Source: an uncultured Pseudohongiella sp. (lineage in GTDB: Bacteria; Pseudomonadota; Gammaproteobacteria; Pseudomonadales; Pseudohongiellaceae). From it: 64,000 bases of DNA. The DNA is taken from contig OZ245938.1 of NCBI GenBank assembly GCA_965230125.1, positions 1,613,535 to 1,677,534 of the forward strand. Reading direction: 5' to 3'. The notes under the pieces were generated by a model. That model did not search any database, was not told the origin of the DNA, and was given only the letters and a program-made list of their open reading frames with translations. This document shows, piece after piece, positions 10,297-19,183 of this stretch; positions within the stretch are counted from its first letter, which is position 1; each line of letters opens with the position of its first letter. The position numbers and the translations under genes are program-made.

Positions 10297-11219
10297 GGCG
10301 CTGGCTCCCGGGTCAATTCGCGGAACAGGGTGTCCAGCGACGGTCGCTCCACCAATAGCTCGGCAACGGCGACGTCCCGGGCGACCAGTTCCTTGTTCAG
10401 GGCTGCCGAATCGACATTGTCAGCGCTCAGGTGCAAATAGCCACCGGCGTCCCGCTCACCGATTTGGATGTCGGGCATGGTGGCCAGGACCTGCCGGGCC
10501 AGCTCTTCATTGTTGGCGCGCAGCAGGATGCGGGTGCCGGAATCAGCCAGCAGTTCCGTCACTGCGGCACTGGTCGGAATACTGCCTCGATGCAGTACCG
10601 CGATGTGGGTGCAGATTTGTTCCAGGTAGGGTAGCTGGTGTGAAGACAGCAGAAACGACGTACGGTGCTGCTGATTGAGATCCTGGATCAGGTTCAGCAC
10701 GTCGTCCACGCCGCCAGCATCCAGACCATTGAATGGTTCGTCAAGGATGATCAGTTCCGGATTGCCTATCAGTGCGTGGGCAATGGCGGCTCGGCGTTTG
10801 TTGCCCAGCGACAGGTGTTTGATGCGGAAGTTGCGGAACCGGCTGATCGCCAGCAAATCCTCTACTTCCGCCGGGCGACGCTGAGGATTGGCGCACAGCA
10901 GTTCGGCCTGGGTGAGACATTGGCGCACAGTCAGGTTTGGGTTGAGACTGGGCGTATCAAATATACCCACCACGCGACCGGCACCTTGGTAGAGCTGATC
11001 AGGCGCCAGATCCAACACGTGGATCTCGCCGCCATCGAAACGCTGAAGCCCGAGAATGCATTCCAGGGTGGTGGTTTTGCCGGAACCATTAAGCCCCACC
11101 AGACCGTGTATGGCTCCGCGTTTCACCTGCAGATTCAGGCCGTCAACAACGGTGTGCTGACCATAGCGTTTGCTCAGGCCAGAAACAGCGAGAATACTGG
11201 CGTCGTCACTGGCGTTCAT
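10293..11219 (-). CDS. ABC transporter ATP-binding protein
   Basis: Walker A GLNGSGKTT, signature LSLGNKRR, Walker B LIILDEP, plus a C-terminal extension of about 80 aa. Confidence 0.9.
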   Translation of the reverse strand: MNASDDASILAVSGLSKRYGQHTVVDGLNLQVKRGAIHGLVGLNGSGKTTTLECILGLQRFDGGEIHVLDLAPDQLYQGAGRVVGIFDTPSLNPNLTVRQCLTQAELLCANPQRRPAEVEDLLAISRFRNFRIKHLSLGNKRRAAIAHALIGNPELIILDEPFNGLDAGGVDDVLNLIQDLNQQHRTSFLLSSHQLPYLEQICTHIAVLHRGSIPTSAAVTELLADSGTRILLRANNEELARQVLATMPDIQIGERDAGGYLHLSADNVDSAALNKELVARDVAVAELLVERPSLDTLFRELTREPAP

Positions 11220-11283
11220 CGCAGGCCCTAATGTCTGCCCCGGTATGAGGTGCTTGACTGGTGGTACTTAATGGACAGTGCAA

Positions 11284-14280
11284 TCAGTCCACGAACAGCG
11301 CGTCGGTACTGAGTTGCTCCACTTCGCCGAACTGGGCCAGGTCTTCCATATTGATGATGGACAGGTCGCCAAGCACCGAAATCAGCTTTGGCTTGCCCTG
11401 CACATGCTCGCGCTGGAACTGGACCAGGTCATCAAGACTGGCGGTTTGCAGCTGCGCAAAACGCTCACGCCGCGGGTCGCCCTCAAGGCCCAGTTCTTCC
11501 CAGCGCCGCACCGCGCCTATCACTTCCCGGAAACTCAGTTTGGAAGTCCGATAGCGATTCACCAGTGAGTTCACGGTTTCATCGAAGCGTTCACTGGAAG
11601 CGGGCATGTTGTCGATCAGGTCCACGAAAGCGGACAGGGCATCGACCGTCTTGTCGGTCTGTGTGCCGATCACACCCAGTACCAGGTTTTGCGCATTTTC
11701 GCGACTGCCCTGGGAGTAGGCTGCGGAGGCCGAATAGGCCAGCGCCCGTGCTTCACGCAGTTCCTGAAACACCACGCTGGACATGCCGCTGCCGAAGTAG
11801 CTGGTGTATAGCTGCGCATCCACGCTATCGGCTTCGCTGAACACGCCGTCACCAAACTCGATGCGCACCTGGGCCTGGGCAGTCTGCTGGTCTACCACCT
11901 TCACTTCGTTTTCCAGGGTTTCCCGCACGCGGCGATAGCGGTAAGGCGGCGTCTGGGCGAGCTCGTCCGCTACCGGGTAATGTTCGCGCAGAATACTCAC
12001 CACCTGTTCCAGCGGCAGGGAGCCGGTGTAGGCCAGGGTGTGCTCGTAGTTGAGTAGTTGCCCCGGCAAGGCCAGCAAGTCGTTGAGCTGTGCGGCCATG
12101 ATTTCATCGCTGGTGAGGGCTTCCAGCATCGGAGATTCTTCGCCATAGCGATTGTACAAAAATAGCGCGCGGGCGATGGCTGTGGGTGAAACTTTCTGGT
12201 CCTCGCGGGATTTCAGGGTGATCGCCTTGAGCTGCTCCAGGGTGCTGGCTTCGGCACTGGGGCTGGTGAGCAGAGCCATCATCAAGTCCAGGGATTCCTC
12301 GAACTGGTCATCAAGACCGCTCAGGGACATGGCCGAGCTGTTCTCGCCTGCGCCGAAGCGGAACTCGCTGCCCATGCGATACCATTCTTTCTGCAGTTCC
12401 TCGTTGCTCAGGCTGTCGGTGCCGGCTACATCCAGCAGGCCGCTGGCCATGCCCAGGTAATCATTTACCTCGGTGCCGACATCCACGCCAATGGAGAAGC
12501 TGAACAGGTCATTGAGGGGATTGGGTGCATAATAAAGCTGTACGCCCTCGGCGAACTCCACCACCCGGTAGTCCTCATCGGCTACCACATAGTCCGGCTC
12601 GATCGGCTGGTAGTCCATGGCCAGCACCCGGGCAGCGAAGTCTGACTGCCGCGACGGATCAATGGTGACCGGATCGATTTGTGGCTTTTCCACCAGCGGA
12701 ATACTGTTCTGCGCATTTTCGCGATATACCGCGACATAGTCATCACCGAAATATTTGTTGGCCACCGCCACCACATCTTGCTTGGTGATTTGCTCCAGGC
12801 GACTGATTTCGCCGACGTAGTGGTCCCATTCGGCACCTTCGATAAACGACTGACGCATGCTGGACACCCGGGCGGTGTTGAATTCCAGGCTGGCTTTTTC
12901 GTTCTTCTCAAAATCGTTGATGATGGCTGGGATAATCCAGTCCTCAAACTCACCGGCCTTGATCAGTTCCAACTGTTCCAGCAGCAATTGCTCCACTTCG
13001 GCCAGGGTCTGGTCCTGGCGTGGTACGCCGTACAGATTCTGGGTGCCGTAGTCATTGAGAAACAGTGGTGACGACCCGGCTTCCGCCACTCGCTGTTGCT
13101 GATTCAGGTTCAGGTTGATCAGCCCGGCTGTGCGATTGTCGAGAATCATGTCCACCAGGATCAGTGCTTCCTTGTCGGGACTACCGTTGGGTGCGGTGCG
13201 AAATGCCAGGCTGACCTGCTCCTGACCGGGATACTGAACGGTTTCCCGCTCGGCGCCACTTAATGCCGGTTCGCTCCAGGGACCCACTTCCGGCACTGGA
13301 CCGCGCTCCCACTGGTTGAAGTGTTCGGCAATCAGCTCGATGGTGTCCTCGATAGCAAAATCACCGCTGAGGAAAATGCCCATGTTGTTGGGCACGTAAT
13401 AGGTATCAAAATAATCGCGGATGTATACCAGTGAGGGATTCTTCAGATCTTCAACCGTTCCGATGGTGGGCTGCTGGCCGTAGGGGTGTACCTTGTACAG
13501 CAGTTCATCGACGGCGGTGGCAATGACGCGACCGGGGTTGTCCAGGGTGCGGTTCTTTTCCTCATAGACCGTTTCCAGTTCGGTGTGGAACAGGCGAAAC
13601 ACCGGGTTAATGAAGCGGTCGGATTCGATCAGTGCCCACTGCTCCAGGCGGTTTGACGGCAAGCTGACCTTGTATACGGTTTCCTCGTGCCAGGTGTGGG
13701 CGTTCAGGCCGGATGCGCCCATGCTGTTGTACAGCTTGTCGATCTCGTTGGGGATGGCGTATTGGGCTGCTTGCTGCGCCTCCTGGTTGATCTCGGCATA
13801 AATTTCGGCGCGGCGCTGCGGATCGGTTTCCTCAAAGTGCTGCTCATAGAGCTCAACAATACGTTCCAGGTGAGGGCGCTCTGCCTCGTAGTTCAATGTG
13901 CCCAGGTTGCGATTGCCCTTGAACAGCAGGTGCTCCAGATAGTGGGCCAGTCCGGTGGCATCGGCGGGGTCGTGTTTGCTGCCAGCGCGTATCGCGATTT
14001 CTGCGTAAAAGCGCGGCTCTTCGTGATTCTCGGTCAGGTAGACCCGCAGTCCGTTGTCCAGTTCATAGATATGGGCATCCAGCGGATCCTCGGGATTGGG
14101 GGTGTTAATTCGCTGGTAACCCGGTGACGCCGGGGCCTCGCTACTCGCTGCGTTCTGCGCTTCGCCGGAGCCGGTGGGCTGCTCACTACAAGCCAGCAGG
14201 GTCGGCAGCAACAGGGCGGTAGCGGCGATTTTCAGCCAGCTGCTGAAGCGGATAGTCAGGTAGGTACTGCTTGTCATCAT
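11284..14280 (-). CDS. M16 (insulinase/pitrilysin) family zinc peptidase, lipoprotein, about 998 aa
   Basis: HxxEH zinc motif in HYLEHLLFKG. Lipobox LLACS after MMTSSTYLTIRFSSWLKIAATALLLPT. Start set at ATG 14280, which has AGGAG 8 nt upstream. The ORF extends to 14409 but that part looks non-coding. Confidence 0.85.
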   Translation of the reverse strand: MMTSSTYLTIRFSSWLKIAATALLLPTLLACSEQPTGSGEAQNAASSEAPASPGYQRINTPNPEDPLDAHIYELDNGLRVYLTENHEEPRFYAEIAIRAGSKHDPADATGLAHYLEHLLFKGNRNLGTLNYEAERPHLERIVELYEQHFEETDPQRRAEIYAEINQEAQQAAQYAIPNEIDKLYNSMGASGLNAHTWHEETVYKVSLPSNRLEQWALIESDRFINPVFRLFHTELETVYEEKNRTLDNPGRVIATAVDELLYKVHPYGQQPTIGTVEDLKNPSLVYIRDYFDTYYVPNNMGIFLSGDFAIEDTIELIAEHFNQWERGPVPEVGPWSEPALSGAERETVQYPGQEQVSLAFRTAPNGSPDKEALILVDMILDNRTAGLINLNLNQQQRVAEAGSSPLFLNDYGTQNLYGVPRQDQTLAEVEQLLLEQLELIKAGEFEDWIIPAIINDFEKNEKASLEFNTARVSSMRQSFIEGAEWDHYVGEISRLEQITKQDVVAVANKYFGDDYVAVYRENAQNSIPLVEKPQIDPVTIDPSRQSDFAARVLAMDYQPIEPDYVVADEDYRVVEFAEGVQLYYAPNPLNDLFSFSIGVDVGTEVNDYLGMASGLLDVAGTDSLSNEELQKEWYRMGSEFRFGAGENSSAMSLSGLDDQFEESLDLMMALLTSPSAEASTLEQLKAITLKSREDQKVSPTAIARALFLYNRYGEESPMLEALTSDEIMAAQLNDLLALPGQLLNYEHTLAYTGSLPLEQVVSILREHYPVADELAQTPPYRYRRVRETLENEVKVVDQQTAQAQVRIEFGDGVFSEADSVDAQLYTSYFGSGMSSVVFQELREARALAYSASAAYSQGSRENAQNLVLGVIGTQTDKTVDALSAFVDLIDNMPASSERFDETVNSLVNRYRTSKLSFREVIGAVRRWEELGLEGDPRRERFAQLQTASLDDLVQFQREHVQGKPKLISVLGDLSIINMEDLAQFGEVEQLSTDALFVD

Positions 14281-14309
14281 AAAACTCCTGCGGGACGAGC
14301 GGCGTGCGA

Positions 14310-14331
14310 ACGTGCCGGATACGTGCCGGAT
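14310..14331. repeat. perfect tandem direct repeat ACGTGCCGGAT x2
   Basis: Read directly: ACGTGCCGGATACGTGCCGGAT. It lies 30-50 bp upstream of the M16 peptidase ATG, inside the divergent promoter region. Confidence 0.6.
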
Positions 14332-14626
14332 TAACAGTGGAGACCGCGAAGGGGCTGAAAACCTTACGAAAGGTCCGGCTGGTGCGGGCGTCGCGACCGG
14401 CATTGGCAATGGATTGCAACAATTGCTGCTATGGTAAGTAAAAAAAGCGCAAAATCATAATGATATCCCCCGTGCACAGGTATCGTTTGATCGCTAACTG
14501 GCGCATGATTTGCTGCTCGGGCGCGTATAATCCAGCATTCAACGGTACCCCGGCCAAGCTTTTGGTGAGCCGCAAGCTGGCGGGAAGCAGCGCAATAATA
14601 GCAAGAGACTCAAAAAGAGACCCCGT

Positions 14627-16312
14627 GTGAAATATCGTGCCTACACTATATTCCTGTCCCTGGCGATGCTCGGTGCCTGCACCAGCGCCGACTACAAGGA
14701 CAGCGCGGACCGGGAATCCTATGGCGTCATTGCCGACAAGGCAGCCGCAGTCCCGGGCACTACCGATCAGGTGATTATTGACCAGATGCCGGAGGTTGAT
14801 CTCAGTGCTTTCCCGGTAAATAACGACTCGTTTGCCTTTCTGGATGCCGTCGCCGACAGTGAGGTCGGGGCCCACATTATCAGCCTCGAAGCGGCACTTG
14901 ATCTGGCTTTCAAGCACAGTCGTGAATACCAGACCCAAAAAGAGCGGCTTTATCTTGAAGCGCTGGCCCTGACTCTGGATCGGTACCGCTACGCGCCGAT
15001 TTTTTCCGCCGTTGGTGGTAGTGAGATCCAGTGGCAGGCGGAAGACCAGTTCGTTTCGGACATGCAGACCCTCACCGGGATGCGGGCGGTAAGTATGACC
15101 GAGACCGTAACTTCCGGCACCAGCCTCGGCGGGCGGATCTTGCTGAAAAGCGGCGGTGCGGTGGCCCTGAACCTGACCAACAATCTGACGCGCTTTCTCA
15201 CCGGCAACAGCAGTGAAATCGCCAGCAGCGCGCTGATTGGTTCGTTTACGCAGCCGCTGCTGCGGGATTTCGGGCGTGCCGTGGAAACCGAGACCTTGCT
15301 GCAGGCGGAGCGGGACTTGCTCTATCAACTACGTGACTTCACCCGATTCCGCAAGGAACTGGCGGTACGGGTTGCCTCGCAGTACTACTCGGTATTGTTG
15401 AATCGGGAAACCGCGGTCAACAATTTTGCTGGCCTCAACGCCAACAACCTGTCCCTGGAGCGGGAACAGGCATTCCAGCAGGAAGGCCTGCGTACCTTGC
15501 TGCAGGTCGGCCGTCTCGAGCAATCCGCCCTGCAGGCCGATTTGCGCTGGACCGCATCGATTGCCCGCTACAAGCGCGCCCTGGACAATTTCAAGCTGCT
15601 GCTGGGCCTGGACGCCAATCTGAACATTGTGCTGGATGACAATGAAATGATGCTGATTTCTGAAACCGGGATGGACCGGCCCGAGATTGACCTGGATCAG
15701 GCCGTGGAGATGGCGGTGCGCACCCGTCTGGACCTGTACACTGAACTGGACCAGGTGCAGGACGCCGCACGTAAAATCGATGTGGCCGCCAATGTCCTGT
15801 TGCCAGCCCTGGATTTCAGTTTCGTGGCGGACGTACCGGATTCACCAAGCAATACCCTGGGTGAGCTGGACTTTGAAAATGCGGTATACACCGCTGGCCT
15901 CAATCTGGAGCTGCCGCTGGATACCAAGGCGCAACGCAATGACTACCGTCGCGCACTGATTAACTATGAAGTCGCGACACGCAACTATTTGCTGGCTCAG
16001 GACACCATTACACTGGACGTGATTGACGCCTGGCGACGAATGAACCAGTTTCGCGAAAGCTATGAAATCAGCCTGGCCAGCGTCCAGATCAATGAACGCC
16101 GGGTGGAAGAAGCTCAATTGCGGGCCGAATTAGGGCTAGGGGATATCCAGGATACAGTGGATTCCCAGAACGACCTGACGGAAGCGCAAACAGAACTGGT
16201 CAGTTCAATAGTCGATCATAATATAGCCAAGCTGGAATTCTGGCGCGACGTAGGTCTGCTTTACGTCGACGATTCCGGCCAGTGGGAGGAAGGCGTCGAT
16301 GAGCCGCAATAG
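14627..16312 (+). CDS. TolC-family outer membrane efflux protein
   Basis: GTG start. Signal plus lipobox (LAMLGAC). Two internally repeated coiled-coil/beta halves typical of outer membrane factors. Overlaps the downstream adaptor gene by 14 nt. Confidence 0.8.
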   Translation: MKYRAYTIFLSLAMLGACTSADYKDSADRESYGVIADKAAAVPGTTDQVIIDQMPEVDLSAFPVNNDSFAFLDAVADSEVGAHIISLEAALDLAFKHSREYQTQKERLYLEALALTLDRYRYAPIFSAVGGSEIQWQAEDQFVSDMQTLTGMRAVSMTETVTSGTSLGGRILLKSGGAVALNLTNNLTRFLTGNSSEIASSALIGSFTQPLLRDFGRAVETETLLQAERDLLYQLRDFTRFRKELAVRVASQYYSVLLNRETAVNNFAGLNANNLSLEREQAFQQEGLRTLLQVGRLEQSALQADLRWTASIARYKRALDNFKLLLGLDANLNIVLDDNEMMLISETGMDRPEIDLDQAVEMAVRTRLDLYTELDQVQDAARKIDVAANVLLPALDFSFVADVPDSPSNTLGELDFENAVYTAGLNLELPLDTKAQRNDYRRALINYEVATRNYLLAQDTITLDVIDAWRRMNQFRESYEISLASVQINERRVEEAQLRAELGLGDIQDTVDSQNDLTEAQTELVSSIVDHNIAKLEFWRDVGLLYVDDSGQWEEGVDEPQ

Positions 16313-18431
16313 TGACAGGATGCACAGTGTGCTCGGCAAACTGGCCGCGCGTGTTCCGGAACCAATCCGGATGCGCGGCAATGCGCTGGTGGCGCGCTTT
16401 CAGTCTGCCCCACGGCGCACGCGCCTGACTATTGGCGGCGGCGCTGGCGTGTTGTTGCTGGCGCTGCTGCTGGTTGCCGGCGGTGATGATGGCGTCAACA
16501 ACAGCGCCGTGACCTTTACCGCAAGGCGCGGTGATCTGGACATCACGGTACTTGAGGGCGGCGCCCTGGAAGCGTTGCAGTCCCAGGAAATCCGGTCCAT
16601 GGTCAAGGGGCGGGAAGGGGTCAAGATCCTCAGCATTGTCGAAGAAGGCTACCGGGTATCCGATGCCGATGTGGACAGCGGCAAGATACTGGTGGAGTTG
16701 GATACCTCGGCCTTGATCGATGAGAAACTGAATCAGGAAATCGCCGTTGAAACAGCGGAGGCGAGCTTTATTGAACAGAAGGCGGAATATGAGATTCAGC
16801 TCAACCAGAATATGACCGAGCTGAATGAGGCGCGGCAGAACATGCGTTTTGCGCGACTGGATTTTGAGAAGTTTCTGGGCGCAAATATTGTCACGGAAAT
16901 CATTGCCGAACTGGAAATCGAAGCGCGGCTGGCCAGAGCCGAAGCCGCACAGCTTGCCGGTCGGCAGCAGAGCGTACCGCCTGCCAATGAACCGCCGATG
17001 CAGCCTGAGGTGAACCCGGCCTCGCGCACCGAGATGCCGGTGGACATCGAATCCTTGCCCGCACCCATGCAGGACCGGATCCGCCAGCTGTTGGCTGAGA
17101 ATAACGGTGAAATTCCTGCCGAGATGTTGCAGCGCATGCAGCGGTTTTCCAGCGGTGATTTTCCCCGGGGCGGCCAGGATTTTGGCCAGCGACGCGGTGC
17201 CGGGAGCACACGCCAGGCAGACGCCTCGCTGCCCACTTCCGAGCCGGCAGATGTCGCAGCTGGTGAACCGGACAGCCTGACTCTCAATGACGACATGGTT
17301 GCGCCTTCTGCCGAAGTCACCCCGTCAATGCTCATGGATGAATCCTACATGATGGAGCGCGACCAGCTGGATTTTACCCAGTATGCCGACATCACCCAGC
17401 TGGAGGACGGCGAGGCCAAGCAGATGCTGCGGGCCCTGTTGGATGAACTGCAAGTGGCCCAGGAGGAATACCTGTTGGCCCAGGATCGTATCGAAGGGCA
17501 GCGCCGCCTGGAATCGCGTGGTTTTATCACGCCTACCGAACTTGAGGCGGAAGAGCTGAATCTGAACAAGGCGTTCAATAAACAGCAGGAAAAAGAAACA
17601 GCCCTGGCGTTGTATATCCAATATACGTTTCCCAAGGAAGCCGAGCAAAAACTGTCTGACTTTGAAAATGCAGTTATGGCTTATCAGCGGCAACTGATTG
17701 ACAACGTCGCCGAAGAAGCGCAGCAGCGCGCCCGGTTCCGTTCGGCAGAGCGTAAATACAATCTGGAGCAGGTCAAGCTGGTGGACGTCAACGAGCAGAT
17801 TCAGCTGGCCACGATCCGCGCCCAGCGACCCGGCCTGGTGGTGTATGGCGCCGCGGATTCCAATCGGTCGCGCTGGCGCGGAAGTAACCAGGAGGCGATT
17901 CAGGAAGGTGCCACGGTAAGCGAACGCCAGGCGATCCTGACTATTCCCGACATGCGCGAGATGGCGGTCAAGGTCAATATCCATGAATCTGCCGTGCAGC
18001 GCGTGGCAGTGGGACAGAAAGCCACAGTCAGTATTGATGCGTTTCCCGATCAGCGTCTCACCGGTATCGTGATCAAAGTGGCCGTGGTGGCCGATTCGAC
18101 GAACTCGTTTATGAATCCGGACCTCAAGGTTTACCCCACCACCATCAAGATTGATGGCATTCATGACTGGCTGCGACCAGGTATGAGTGCTGAAGTGGAG
18201 GTTCTCGTGGATCGCCTGGAAGACGTGGTTTACATTCCACTGCAGGCGGTGACCTACCAGGACGACCAACGGGTGGTCTATGTGCGCGGTGCAGGCGGCG
18301 CCCAGGCCAGGGAAGTCGAGGTCGGATCGTTCTCGGAATCCTTTATCGAGATTCGCAGCGGCCTGCGCGCTGGCGAAGAAGTGTTGCTCCTGCCCCCGCA
18401 ACAACAATCGGCGACCGTGGCCAGCAACTGA
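16299..18431 (+). CDS. HlyD/MacA-type periplasmic adaptor (membrane fusion protein), enlarged to 710 aa
   Basis: N-terminal TM anchor (GAGVLLLALLLVAGG), lipoyl/hairpin pattern and a C-terminal barrel (ATVSIDAFPDQRLTGIVIKVA). A Pro/Glu/Gln-rich insertion of about 150 aa sits in the hairpin region. Confidence 0.8.
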   Translation: MSRNSDRMHSVLGKLAARVPEPIRMRGNALVARFQSAPRRTRLTIGGGAGVLLLALLLVAGGDDGVNNSAVTFTARRGDLDITVLEGGALEALQSQEIRSMVKGREGVKILSIVEEGYRVSDADVDSGKILVELDTSALIDEKLNQEIAVETAEASFIEQKAEYEIQLNQNMTELNEARQNMRFARLDFEKFLGANIVTEIIAELEIEARLARAEAAQLAGRQQSVPPANEPPMQPEVNPASRTEMPVDIESLPAPMQDRIRQLLAENNGEIPAEMLQRMQRFSSGDFPRGGQDFGQRRGAGSTRQADASLPTSEPADVAAGEPDSLTLNDDMVAPSAEVTPSMLMDESYMMERDQLDFTQYADITQLEDGEAKQMLRALLDELQVAQEEYLLAQDRIEGQRRLESRGFITPTELEAEELNLNKAFNKQQEKETALALYIQYTFPKEAEQKLSDFENAVMAYQRQLIDNVAEEAQQRARFRSAERKYNLEQVKLVDVNEQIQLATIRAQRPGLVVYGAADSNRSRWRGSNQEAIQEGATVSERQAILTIPDMREMAVKVNIHESAVQRVAVGQKATVSIDAFPDQRLTGIVIKVAVVADSTNSFMNPDLKVYPTTIKIDGIHDWLRPGMSAEVEVLVDRLEDVVYIPLQAVTYQDDQRVVYVRGAGGAQAREVEVGSFSESFIEIRSGLRAGEEVLLLPPQQQSATVASN

Positions 18432-19183
18432 TGAGCTATCCGGGAACCGGCTCGGGGAAAAAATCACCCGCAGTCCCGCCGGAGTTGGCTCATGCAGCTG
18501 GCGCCAGGGTCGCGCGTCTGGAAGAAATCACCAAGACCTATTATATGGGCCAGCTCTCGGTTCAGGTGCTGCATGGCATCAGTCTCGATTTCTATGCGGG
18601 CGACTACATTTCCGTCATGGGACCTTCGGGCTGTGGTAAGTCGACGCTGATGAACATCCTTGGCTGTCTCGACCAGGCCACCACCGGCAAATACTTTCTG
18701 GGCGAAGAAGATACTTCGCAAATGGACGACGATGACCTGTCCTCTATCCGCGGCGCACGGCTTGGGTTCATCTTCCAGTCCTACAATTTGATTCAGCAGT
18801 TGAACGTCCTGGAAAACATCGAAATGCCGCTGTTCTACCAGGGTTATTCCGAATCGGAAAGTCGCGCCACCGCGCTGGCCCTGGCCGAACGGGTTGGACT
18901 GTTGGATCGGGTGGAGCACAAACCGTTTGAATTGTCCGGCGGCCAGCAGCAGCGGGTGGCGATCGCCCGGGCGCTGTCGGTAGATCCATTGATTATCCTC
19001 GCCGACGAGCCTACCGGTAATCTGGACTCACGCTCTGGCGCCGAAATTCTAAATCTGTTTGATGAGCTGAACCAGCAGGGCAAGACCCTGATTATGGTGA
19101 CCCACTCTGATGAGCTGGCCGAACGGTCACGACGTCGCATCAAACTGCTGGACGGCCGGGTGGAGAGTGATGAGCGAGATTAG
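18431..19183 (+). CDS. MacB/LolD-type ABC transporter ATP-binding protein
   Basis: Walker A GPSGCGKST, signature LSGGQQQR, Walker B ILADEPTGNLD. TGATG junction with the adaptor gene. Confidence 0.9.
   Translation: MSYPGTGSGKKSPAVPPELAHAAGARVARLEEITKTYYMGQLSVQVLHGISLDFYAGDYISVMGPSGCGKSTLMNILGCLDQATTGKYFLGEEDTSQMDDDDLSSIRGARLGFIFQSYNLIQQLNVLENIEMPLFYQGYSESESRATALALAERVGLLDRVEHKPFELSGGQQQRVAIARALSVDPLIILADEPTGNLDSRSGAEILNLFDELNQQGKTLIMVTHSDELAERSRRRIKLLDGRVESDERD

Noticed and set aside
14281-14409. N-terminal 43-codon extension of the M16 peptidase ORF (MPMPVATPAPAGPF...).
   Set aside because: It is Pro/Ala/Arg-rich, has no signal-peptide character and precedes a good AGGAG-ATG start at 14280 that yields a proper lipoprotein signal. 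It is most likely non-coding.
14526-14531. A perfect TATAAT hexamer about 95 bp upstream of the TolC-family gene, considered as a sigma70 -10 box.
   Set aside because: No convincing TTGACA-like -35 at 16-18 bp (best candidates are GCATGA and CATGAT). It is plausible but not supportable from sequence alone.
17325-18467. A 380-aa minus-strand ORF. Similar long antisense ORFs occur at 14429-15328, 41204-41896, 46616-47218, 47222-47968, 50776-51405, 51137-51781, 54487-55125 and other positions.
   Set aside because: All lie entirely inside strongly supported genes on the other strand (adaptor, TolC, flgI, fliD, pomB, ClC). They have Arg/Gly/His-rich shadow-frame composition typical of high-GC DNA and no recognisable motifs.
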